A DNA stretch of 64,000 nt, taken from positions 32,001 through 96,000 of the forward strand of contig JAWBYA010000001.1 in NCBI GenBank assembly GCA_038867615.1. The letters are read 5' to 3'. The notes beneath the pieces are model-generated. The model was not told the origin of the DNA. It searched no databases and worked only from the letters and a program-made list of their open reading frames with translations. Shown here one piece after another: positions 10,583-18,422 of the stretch (position 1 is the stretch's first letter; the number at the start of each line of letters is the position of its first letter). The DNA is from Sulfolobales archaeon (GTDB lineage: Archaea > Thermoproteota > Thermoprotei_A > Sulfolobales > AG1). The position numbers and the translations under genes are program-made.

Positions 10583-10792
10583 TGCGGGCGGTGGTTAGAG
10601 ATAAAAAGAGCCAGAATATAGGGTTTCCCATGGCATTGAGTCGAGCCATGCTATAGGGGGCTGATTGCTAGGGTAGCTCTTATGGATTGAGGCTAGGGAT
10701 ATTTTCTAGTAGATGAAAAAGAGCCCTGGATTGATAGAGTCGAGGTCTGGCCTGGTTTGCTCGTTATTAACCGCTATGAGGTTCGAGCCCCT
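10583..10792 (+). mobile_element. Orphan, diverged copy of the tnpB right end / omega-RNA region (family A)
   Basis: Colinear by eye with 19555-19744: CCAGAATATAGGGTTTCCC vs CCAGGATGTGGGGGTTTCCC ... GCTCGTTATTAACCGCTATGAGGTTCGAGCCCCT vs GCTCGACATCAACCGCTATGAAACCCGAACCCCT. Confidence 0.75.
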
Positions 10793-11466
10793 ACAGGCAG
10801 TTCTACTACTATGTTAAACAGTATGCATAGCGCCCAGCATCTGATCCTCAGGAAACCTACTTTGGATAGTACGTGTATAAACTTCTCTAGGGGTGGGACG
10901 TTCAATAGTGTTTTCACTATTACTAGGTAGTGCTTAGCATGCCTGGGCGCTGCGGCTGCTACTAGGGCCATGATCGCTACCATGTAGAGTACTTCGATGA
11001 GTAATAGTAAGAGGGAGCCGGGTCGCCAGAAATCGAGAATAATGATCCTTCTTCTACTCGTGTGAATCATGGAAGCTATAGCTCTGGAGAGGCTCATAAC
11101 GTCTCTAAGCATGAAGCCTGCTATGATTGTGTCAAAGGCGTCTTGTCTGAATGGTGCGTATTCTATATATCCCTGGACAACATCTACATCGGGATCTATA
11201 TTTAGTCTTGATAGTATTTTTAGGAAGCGGGGTAGTGGTTCTAGTGCCACTATATAGCTATCTCTATAGATTTTTTTGACATGCCTAATCATGGATCCGC
11301 TGCCGCTCCCCACGTCAAGGATCCTGCCTGGCTTTGCTGCGCTAACAGCTTCTGTCCTAAATCTGTTCTCAAGGCATAGGGTAAAGATCCTTGATGTCTT
11401 GTCATAGGTATCGGCGATATTGTTAAGTTCTTTGAGTATATGGTCTGGATCTATTGTGTGCTCCAT
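10774..11466 (-). CDS. SAM-dependent methyltransferase (UbiE/MenG-like)
   Basis: IADTYD N-terminus, ILDVGSGSG motif I, PFRQDAFDTI..GFMLRDV. Confidence 0.8.
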   Translation of the reverse strand: MEHTIDPDHILKELNNIADTYDKTSRIFTLCLENRFRTEAVSAAKPGRILDVGSGSGSMIRHVKKIYRDSYIVALEPLPRFLKILSRLNIDPDVDVVQGYIEYAPFRQDAFDTIIAGFMLRDVMSLSRAIASMIHTSRRRIIILDFWRPGSLLLLLIEVLYMVAIMALVAAAAPRHAKHYLVIVKTLLNVPPLEKFIHVLSKVGFLRIRCWALCILFNIVVELPVGARTS

Positions 11467-11505
11467 CGATCACCGATCTCCGTGTTGATCGCTAGTATGG
11501 TGGGG

Positions 11506-12213
11506 CTACTGTGGTCTGAAGAAGCTGTCTATAAATGCTACCTGTTTTACCTCTGGGAAGTATTTGAATATATCATCAGCCACTGCTTTTTTAAAGATCT
11601 GGAGATCCTCTGCTAGCAGGATCTCTTCGGGCGTATCGATCTCCACCTTGATCATATCTTGCGAGATCCTAACATTAAGCCCTTCTATATTGATCCTTCT
11701 AGATCTCCTGGCTATTAGGTGCTTGATCTTCTCTACAGGATCCTCAAGCTTCTTAACAACCTTGTACGTGAATACAAGCGTTTTCCCAGAAAGCGGGTGG
11801 TTAAAATCAACAACAACCCTTCCGCCGGAGATGCTCTTAACAACACCGATCGCCCCCCCGATCTCTATGGTCTTCCCAGGCTCGGGGATTATGTTGAGCT
11901 TAGCCAGCTCTCTAAGGCTGAGAATCCTGACCTTCTCAGGATCCCTTTCGCCAAAAGCCTTGGAGGGCTCTACATCTATGGTTTTCTCCTCACCAACCTC
12001 AGATGAAGCTACAGCCTCTTCAAAGCCCTTCACATATCTACCCTCGCCAATTATCATGAGCCTTGGTCTATAGACCTCGCCTTCTCTGTAGATCCCGCTG
12101 TTTTTAGCAACATCTTCGCTCGTGGTTTCGATAACCTCCCCAGTATCCTTAACCCTCATCGTATATTCAACCAGAACGAAGTCCCTCTCCTTAAAAGTCA
12201 TCCCATGCACCAA
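11506..12213 (-). CDS. slyD: Long-type FKBP peptidyl-prolyl isomerase (SlyD-like)
   Basis: DFVLVEYT, G..YVKGFEEA, AFGERD, VDFNHPLSGKTL. Confidence 0.92.
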   Translation of the reverse strand: MVHGMTFKERDFVLVEYTMRVKDTGEVIETTSEDVAKNSGIYREGEVYRPRLMIIGEGRYVKGFEEAVASSEVGEEKTIDVEPSKAFGERDPEKVRILSLRELAKLNIIPEPGKTIEIGGAIGVVKSISGGRVVVDFNHPLSGKTLVFTYKVVKKLEDPVEKIKHLIARRSRRINIEGLNVRISQDMIKVEIDTPEEILLAEDLQIFKKAVADDIFKYFPEVKQVAFIDSFFRPQ

Positions 12214-12252
12214 GCTATTATCACATATGGCTCATATAAGCTCTAACACGAC

Positions 12253-12270
12253 ATACAATCATGATTGTAT
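12253..12270. promoter_or_regulatory. Perfect 18-bp palindrome, candidate operator upstream of the slyD TATA box
   Basis: ATACAATCATGATTGTAT equals its reverse complement; minus-strand TATA-like CTTATATG at 12233-12240. Confidence 0.45.
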
Positions 12271-12293
12271 TGCTATGTACAGAGCTTACTTAT

Positions 12294-12386
12294 TAATAGC
12301 TAGTGAGGATAGGGGGTATTTGATGTTTGACGGACAGAGCTGTGCGGTAACGCGTAGCCAGACCTAAATACCCCCTGTCGCTATTA
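12294..12386. repeat. Intergenic inverted repeat / long hairpin
   Basis: GATAGGGGGTATTT (12308-12321) pairs with AAATACCCCCTGTC (12366-12379), 13/14; outer TAATAGC/GCTATTA. Confidence 0.6.
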
Positions 12387-12487
12387 GCATATATTAGGAT
12401 CTTGCTAAGCTATTCCACAGAACAAGCTGTAGGAGGATCTTGTGGAAATATTTTTGACCATATATTATTGAGTATTGGTGTGTATGG

Positions 12488-12817
12488 TTGGCTAAATACA
12501 AGGTCTGGAAGTGTGGGCTATGTGGGGAGCAGGTGATTGAGGGTCAGAGATTCCTTGTTATAAAGAACATAGGTTTCGCACATCTTGAGTGTGTTGTTGA
12601 AGAGCTTGTGAAGAGGCATCAAAACATATCTAGAGACGCATTATCATTGATAGACGCTAATGAGGCTATCACATACGCTATAGTTAGGCTCAAGACTGCT
12701 GAGCTCCAGGCCCAGAGTGATGCACAGAGATCTATGATCTCTGCTGCTAGAAAGGATCTCGAGAAGCATTCGGCATTCCTAGGCAATGAGCTTGGAAAGC
12801 TCCTCGGGTACGCCTAG
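12488..12817 (+). CDS. Crenarchaeal Zn-ribbon protein (DUF2175-like)
   Basis: KVWKCGLCG...GQRF...HLEC followed by a helical C-terminus. Confidence 0.7.
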   Translation: MAKYKVWKCGLCGEQVIEGQRFLVIKNIGFAHLECVVEELVKRHQNISRDALSLIDANEAITYAIVRLKTAELQAQSDAQRSMISAARKDLEKHSAFLGNELGKLLGYA

Positions 12818-12861
12818 TCTCGAGGCCATAGCCAAAGCCCTATCACCACAGGTGGGAATCT

Positions 12862-13533
12862 TTGGGTGAGGATGAGATTCTCCAGATAGAGGAGGTAGAT
12901 CTAGAGCTTGCTAGGAGACTTATAACCGTTGCTAGAAAGGCTATAGAGCTCTATATGGATCTCGGTGACGAAGATGCTGTATTCTCAGCTCTTTCAGAGC
13001 TTGTGGGAAAGGATCCCAGGATGGGTAAAAAAGCAGCTGTCTTTGTAACGCTCGAAAAGGTGAGCGGTTCTTCTAGAATGCTTAGAGGCTGTATAGGTTT
13101 TATCGTGCACCACCTAGAACTCGCAAGCGCTGTGATGGGATCCGCGATATCCTCAGCATTCAAAGACCCTAGGTTTAGGCCTGTTGAAAAAGGGGAGCTA
13201 GGATCCATTGCTATCGAGATAGCACTGCTCGGACCAAAGATACCGATCAAAGACCCCAGCGATATATCTATAGGGAGGGATGCGATATATGTTGAGAGCA
13301 TATATGGCTCAGGAATACTCCTCCCACAAGTTCCTATAGATTATTGCTGGGATGAGGAGACGTTTCTCGGCGAGACATGCCTTAAAGCAGGTCTGGATCT
13401 AGCATGCTGGATGAGACGTGGCGTGAAGGTATATAGAATCCCTGGCAGGGTCTTCTACGAGGAGAAACCCTTGGGAGAGGTTGTTGAGAGAGATCTTGTT
13501 AAGGAGTATAGGTCTAGGTGTGCCGTTACATAG
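12862..13533 (+). CDS. AMMECR1-domain protein
   Basis: AVFVTL, LRGCIG, SAFKDPRF, GILLPQVP, CLKAGL. Confidence 0.92.
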   Translation: MGEDEILQIEEVDLELARRLITVARKAIELYMDLGDEDAVFSALSELVGKDPRMGKKAAVFVTLEKVSGSSRMLRGCIGFIVHHLELASAVMGSAISSAFKDPRFRPVEKGELGSIAIEIALLGPKIPIKDPSDISIGRDAIYVESIYGSGILLPQVPIDYCWDEETFLGETCLKAGLDLACWMRRGVKVYRIPGRVFYEEKPLGEVVERDLVKEYRSRCAVT

Positions 13534-13549
13534 TATTGCTAATAAAAGG

Positions 13550-14260
13550 CTATATATTCTCAACCTTTATCCCGAGCCTCTCAGCAACCTCCTTTATCCT
13601 GGCCCTTATAGTGACCTCTGTTAACCCTGTCTCTATCGAGAGTTTGTTCTTACTTAGTCTATGACCAAGTCTCTCTGATGCTATATATATTGCTGCGGTA
13701 GCATATCCGGTGGGATCTTTACCCTCTATAGGTGTTTTTATCCTAATCTCATCGAGAATCTTGAGGGCCTCGCTAACCACCTCGTTACCAAGCCCCAGCC
13801 TCTTTGCTATATACCCTATATAGCTCCTAGGATCCGGGGGTCTTATCTCTCTAAGCTCTCTCTCAAAGGTCTCTAAGATCGAGTTGTAACACGACCTCAG
13901 ATCTTTCAGGGGTACTCCAGCTATCGTTGAGATACGCTTCAGTGGGAATGGTCTCCCCAAGATCCTTGATGCTGCATAGAGAGCTGCTAAGGCTACACAC
14001 CTATAGGATCTACCCCTGGTAAGGCCTTTCTCAATACACCTTATAGCTATATCGAGAGCCTTATCGGTTATATCTCTCGGCGCCTCTATCGAGTCAGCAA
14101 GCTCTTTGATCAAGGACTCCATTCTAGTCATAGCGCTTTTGCTAACATAATAAGTCATGCTGGTATTACGAATAACCACGCGCGGCCCCATACATAAATA
14201 TCGCCCCAAATTAAAATATATTTTTAGCCATGGGTCTCTTCCGGAAAGACGTGGTGACAT
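13550..14260 (-). CDS. TFB/TFIIB cyclin-repeat protein lacking the N-terminal Zn ribbon
   Basis: GLTRGRS...AALYAASR, GKDPTGYATAAIYIAS, LTEVTIRAR HTH; real start probably ATG ~14158. Confidence 0.8.
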   Translation of the reverse strand: MSPRLSGRDPWLKIYFNLGRYLCMGPRVVIRNTSMTYYVSKSAMTRMESLIKELADSIEAPRDITDKALDIAIRCIEKGLTRGRSYRCVALAALYAASRILGRPFPLKRISTIAGVPLKDLRSCYNSILETFERELREIRPPDPRSYIGYIAKRLGLGNEVVSEALKILDEIRIKTPIEGKDPTGYATAAIYIASERLGHRLSKNKLSIETGLTEVTIRARIKEVAERLGIKVENI

Positions 14261-14301
14261 TTAATATAAACGCCACATATACTTAATTCAAAATCTTTAT
14301 A

Positions 14302-14802
14302 TTATAAAGGGGCAGCCATTAGATAGGCGTCCTCACCATCCATGTAATATCTCCTGAGGATCCTGACAACCTTGAAGCCAAGGCTTCTATATAGATTCGT
14401 GGCAGGCTCATTACTAACCCTAACCTCGAGCACAACCTCCTCAGCCCCGTATATCTTCTTCATCCTATACATACCCTCGAGCATAAGGGCCTTACCAACA
14501 CCCCTCCTCCTATACTCCCTAAGCACCGCTATGCTTACGACATGCCCCCTCAGGACAAAATCGCCTTTAAAGAAACCCTCGTCATTCTCAATCCTATTCA
14601 TCATATACCCAATAATACCGCCTGGCGCTTCAGCAACAAGAAAGATCTTGCCCCACTCCTCTATATGTTGCTCCCAGAAATACCTCGGATAGTGCTCTGG
14701 AAGGCTCCTCATATTTATCTCGATAATCTTATCGAGATCCGAGTATGAAGCCTCACGAATCCTGAACTCACAGTCATCGGAAGTATCGCTAGCGAGTACC
14801 AT
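14302..14802 (-). CDS. rimI: N-terminal protein acetyltransferase (Ard1/RimI family)
   Basis: SLPEHY, GHVVSIAV..YRRRGVG, LEVRVSN..A..LY, YYMDGEDAYLM. Confidence 0.92.
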   Translation of the reverse strand: MVLASDTSDDCEFRIREASYSDLDKIIEINMRSLPEHYPRYFWEQHIEEWGKIFLVAEAPGGIIGYMMNRIENDEGFFKGDFVLRGHVVSIAVLREYRRRGVGKALMLEGMYRMKKIYGAEEVVLEVRVSNEPATNLYRSLGFKVVRILRRYYMDGEDAYLMAAPL

Positions 14803-14861
14803 GTATCCACCAAACCTAGAAGTGGTGATGGGGATAAATCTTCAACTAATAGCAGGACAAA

Positions 14862-15185
14862 CGGTTTGACCCTGGATGTTTATACCACTCACTTTATTCA
14901 TGGCCTCATCCAGGGGTTTTCGCCTCTACCCTCAGGATCTCGGATCTCTAATCCTGCTGGGTCATGGGCGGCCGTCGAGCCAATCGGCACGTGGCTCCCA
15001 TCTAGGTTAAGCTGGATGGCTTGGGGCGCTGCTCCCATCTCTGCCCGAGACCTGTGTGGAGAAACCCATATCGAGAGCAGTCCATCTCAAAACTAAAGCT
15101 CAATAAATATCCCTAGACATCGATGGGTACTCACTAATATTCCCCAAACCTATCAACCCCCTATATATCGAAAGAAAACAACCCG
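14862..15185 (-). mobile_element. Non-autonomous IS200/IS605-derived element (family B): putative left end plus tnpB-type right end/omega-RNA, no ORF
   Basis: Colinear with 42096-42440 (shared CTAGATGGGAGCCAC, GGCTCGACGGCCGCCCATGACCC, CGGGYTGTTTTCTTT..GATATATAGGG, terminal CCAGGGWCAAAC). Confidence 0.8.
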
Positions 15186-15252
15186 GCTCTGTAGATCTAT
15201 GTTCAACGAGCTATACCACAGCTTTAATAGGCTGTGATCATGGATTTAATGG

Positions 15253-16107
15253 TTAGATCTTTCTATATAGTAGCTCTGAAACAACTCTTAATAAGACACC
15301 GCTCTCGATCCTCCCTCTCGCATAGCCCGCGATCTCGGCATATGCTTTCTCAACCCTTCTCTCATCCCTCACGTATTTTCCACAAAGCCATAGTATTGAG
15401 TCGAGGTTAACCATAGGGATCCCTGATATTTCTGATACCCTGGCCCATGCTTTTTGAGCATCTCTATAGTTTCTCATTATCTCCTCGATAGGGTCTGGCT
15501 TTGAGGTATCAGCAATCCCTGAGGTGTATGTTACTGCTGCTACCCTTCTATCCACTGGGATCTCTATAGTTGCTGGGGGTGTGGATTTATATCCACAGAT
15601 CCTTGATACGTAGTAGAACATCTTTACAGCGAAGACTATTGTCTTCTCGTACCCCGTTTTGCCTAGAGATCTGCTCAACAAGATCCTCAGGATCTCAGGG
15701 TTACTTGAGATCTCATCGATCTTTGCATAGATCTCTATGTGGGTCTGTGAGGTTAGGAGTCTCCTCACCCTAGAGATCTTCTTATCCCTTGAAGCAATGT
15801 TGCCCCTCGATGATTCCAGGAATGATATGAAATCCCTCACCAGAGAATCGGGATCGCTGGGCTTGAAGGGATATGTAGCAAACTCCCACCAGTAATCCTC
15901 ACCCGGGGCTGAGAGTTGATATGCCGAGATCGCATTAAGAACCGTGAGGAGAGCTGCAGAGCTGCAATCCCCAATCCTCTTAACCAGATGCTCTAAGGCT
16001 CTATACTGGGGATCTCCCTCCTCTATGATCATAACCCCCTCTAGCCCTAGCCTCCCTAGGGCTTCTCCAACGGCCTTTATTCTCTGGCTGTTTATGGTTA
16101 TGGCCAT
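15253..16107 (-). CDS. Archaeal 8-oxoguanine N-glycosylase/DNA lyase (AGOG family)
   Basis: EEGDPQY, AYQLS..GEDYWWEF, KTIVFAVKM, IPVDRRV, LDSILW. Confidence 0.9.
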   Translation of the reverse strand: MAITINSQRIKAVGEALGRLGLEGVMIIEEGDPQYRALEHLVKRIGDCSSAALLTVLNAISAYQLSAPGEDYWWEFATYPFKPSDPDSLVRDFISFLESSRGNIASRDKKISRVRRLLTSQTHIEIYAKIDEISSNPEILRILLSRSLGKTGYEKTIVFAVKMFYYVSRICGYKSTPPATIEIPVDRRVAAVTYTSGIADTSKPDPIEEIMRNYRDAQKAWARVSEISGIPMVNLDSILWLCGKYVRDERRVEKAYAEIAGYARGRIESGVLLRVVSELLYRKI

Positions 16108-16631
16108 AGCTCCTCCTTAACACCCCTCGTCTGGTTAACATATCTTGCAAGGACATACAATAGATCCGAGATCCTGTTTAGAAGGACTAGGTGGTTCTTC
16201 ATGATCATGTTTGAATGGTACAGCTTTGACGCAACCCTCTCAGCCCTTCTACACACTGTTCTTGCGAAGTGGAGCATAGCTGCTACGGGATCTCCTGTTG
16301 GGTAGACGAAGACAAGCCTGGGCTCAGAGATCTTCTCCCAGATCTCTTTAGTCATATTCTCAACCCACGCTATATCCTGCTCAGCTATCCTTGGCGATGT
16401 GAGCCTCTCTATAGGTGTTGCAATATCACTCCCATATCTAAAAAGGGTTTCCTGAAGCCGTCTGAGCATCTGGTCAACATCCTCCGGGGGTTTAAGGCTT
16501 CTCACAACTCCTATAAGCGAGTTGAGTTCATCAATAGAGCCCATGAGATCAACTATATCGTCCTCCTTGGCAACCCTCTCACCATACATTATATAGGTAT
16601 AGCCCTCATCGCCTGTATGGGCTTTCTTCAC
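16098..16631 (-). CDS. Cob(I)alamin adenosyltransferase, PduO type
   Basis: TGDEGYT, GSIDELNS.IG, RTVCRRAER, LNRISDLLY. Confidence 0.92.
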   Translation of the reverse strand: MKKAHTGDEGYTYIMYGERVAKEDDIVDLMGSIDELNSLIGVVRSLKPPEDVDQMLRRLQETLFRYGSDIATPIERLTSPRIAEQDIAWVENMTKEIWEKISEPRLVFVYPTGDPVAAMLHFARTVCRRAERVASKLYHSNMIMKNHLVLLNRISDLLYVLARYVNQTRGVKEELWP

Positions 16632-16687
16632 ATATAATCACCATAAGAGATGACTGTGGCGGGTATTAACAACACTCAATAGGATCC

Positions 16688-17365
16688 TCAGATCAGTTTT
16701 TTCTGATAAGATACCTTCCCAAGGGATTTCTCTCTAGAGATCCTGTCAGCCCAGTATATGGGTTCTGGAAGAGATCTCCCACTAATGGTTATCCTCCTAG
16801 CTATTTCTTCGAGATCCTCTATATCGACCATATGGCCTATAGTTATGTATAGATCTGATTTTCCAAGCCTGAGCGCCACGCCAGCTACAACATCATCTAT
16901 AACAATAAGCCTCTTACCGTTCCTCTCAACCACACTTCCGGCCAAGAGTCTCTTGGCAACACCGATCGATGGTAATCCCATTATGACTCCTAAGTAACTG
17001 GCTATGCCGCACTTCCTGGGATGAGCTATCCCGTGTCCGTTCACAACAAGCAGATCCTTCTCCCCCTTAAGCATCATAAGAGCCTTGAGCATCAGGGGCG
17101 CCTCTCTAAACGCTAGATAGCCGGGTATGTATGGGAACACCACCTTTCCCTCGGCAATCCCTATCTCCTCGATCTCGAGGGTTTTGTAGTTAATTGAGAC
17201 AGCAGCTGCAAAGCCTGTTTCCCCTCTATAGGATACGTCTAAACCCACCACAGATCTGGGTTCCCTCGATAGCCTCTGGATCTTTACTTTTCTAGCTATC
17301 ATAACCTGTGCTTGTGAAGCTTTAAAAAGATCTATGTCGCGATAACCCATATAAGAAGCACGCAC
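16688..17365 (-). CDS. nfi: Endonuclease V
   Basis: GLDVSY, FPYIPGYLAFRE, NGHGIAHPR.CGIAS, SIGVAK, LPEPI..AD. Confidence 0.93.
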   Translation of the reverse strand: MRASYMGYRDIDLFKASQAQVMIARKVKIQRLSREPRSVVGLDVSYRGETGFAAAVSINYKTLEIEEIGIAEGKVVFPYIPGYLAFREAPLMLKALMMLKGEKDLLVVNGHGIAHPRKCGIASYLGVIMGLPSIGVAKRLLAGSVVERNGKRLIVIDDVVAGVALRLGKSDLYITIGHMVDIEDLEEIARRITISGRSLPEPIYWADRISREKSLGKVSYQKKLI

Positions 17366-17374
17366 GCGGCGAGA

Positions 17375-18010
17375 CTATCTTATTGGGTATGTTCTTTCCT
17401 CAACACCATTACTCCTAACAATAGCAACATCTACTCCATCGCCTGACATAGCATCCCTCGCAGCAGCAGCCCTTATAGCCTTTACAACCAGATTCACAGC
17501 GTTCTCAACAAGCTCCTCCTGCCGCGATGTTTTCTGCAAAGACACCAAACCCTGGTACTCGCTCTCAATAATCCCTATCGCTATGGGTGCCCCAGTACCG
17601 ACTGCGGCATAGTCATCCTCTATAAGCGACCCCAGAGGATCCATCACAAAGACGTGGGCTCCCTCGTCATCAACACCGCCTACTATTAGCTCTGTTATGA
17701 ATGGCATGTATTTGTAGGAGTAAAGTATCGCTGAAAGGAGCTTTGCTGCTCCCTTCACAGATATCCTTGATCCGGAGGATATCTCGTAGTACCTGATCTC
17801 CGTGGATATTATTCTTGAGAGTGTGAGCATGTCTGCAAAGATCCCTGCAGCTGCTACCGCGATCTTATCGTGGATCTTGAACACCTTCTTAGCAGACCTA
17901 CTCATAACAAAACCTCCATAGCCAAACCTCTTCTCCGAGCCGAGAACAACTATATCGCCTACCCTCAGACCAACTGCTGTAGCACCCATCCCCAGACTCT
18001 CGTAAGCCAC
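17375..18010 (-). CDS. psmB: Proteasome beta subunit (GATAVG variant, probably the non-catalytic paralogue)
   Basis: GATAVG, SEKR, KKVFKI, GGVD, DPLGS, GTGAPIA, RDAMSGDG. Confidence 0.92.
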   Translation of the reverse strand: MAYESLGMGATAVGLRVGDIVVLGSEKRFGYGGFVMSRSAKKVFKIHDKIAVAAAGIFADMLTLSRIISTEIRYYEISSGSRISVKGAAKLLSAILYSYKYMPFITELIVGGVDDEGAHVFVMDPLGSLIEDDYAAVGTGAPIAIGIIESEYQGLVSLQKTSRQEELVENAVNLVVKAIRAAAARDAMSGDGVDVAIVRSNGVEERTYPIR

Positions 18011-18422
18011 TTACTCCACCATCCTAATAATCTCCAAAGGAAGTATTAAATGGGGCTGGGGGTTCTAGCCAGGCTATGCATCGTAGCATTATAGCCGTAG
18101 CTAACTGTTTCGGATTTCATGAAGGTTTGTATGGGTTGATATCAGTTACGGTTAAGAGAGTTTGCTGGGATCTGGAGAGATATGGGAGGCTGGAGATCGG
18201 TTGGGTTTGGTAGTGGTTGGGAGGGCTGTATGTCTGTGGAGGGTAGTAGATAGAGGTTTGGGGGGAGATGTTGGGAAGATATAGGTATTGCTAAAAAGAG
18301 TAGCCTGGACAAGTATTTAGGTATAGAATAGGATCTATTGAGGTGTGGAAGCCAGCTAAGCCCTGTATTGTGGGTTGGGAGTAACATAAATATAAGGGGT
18401 TATTATTAATTGAGCAGAGGCC

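Noticed and set aside
14866-15096. 76-aa ORF and its 77-aa homologue at 42203-42436 as a small protein family
   Set aside because: Similarity is at DNA level, with indels that change the frame mid-ORF; they are antisense to a non-coding repeat.
17375-18010. Proteasome beta subunit lacking the GTTT catalytic threonine as a novelty
   Set aside because: A non-catalytic second beta paralogue is already known in crenarchaea.
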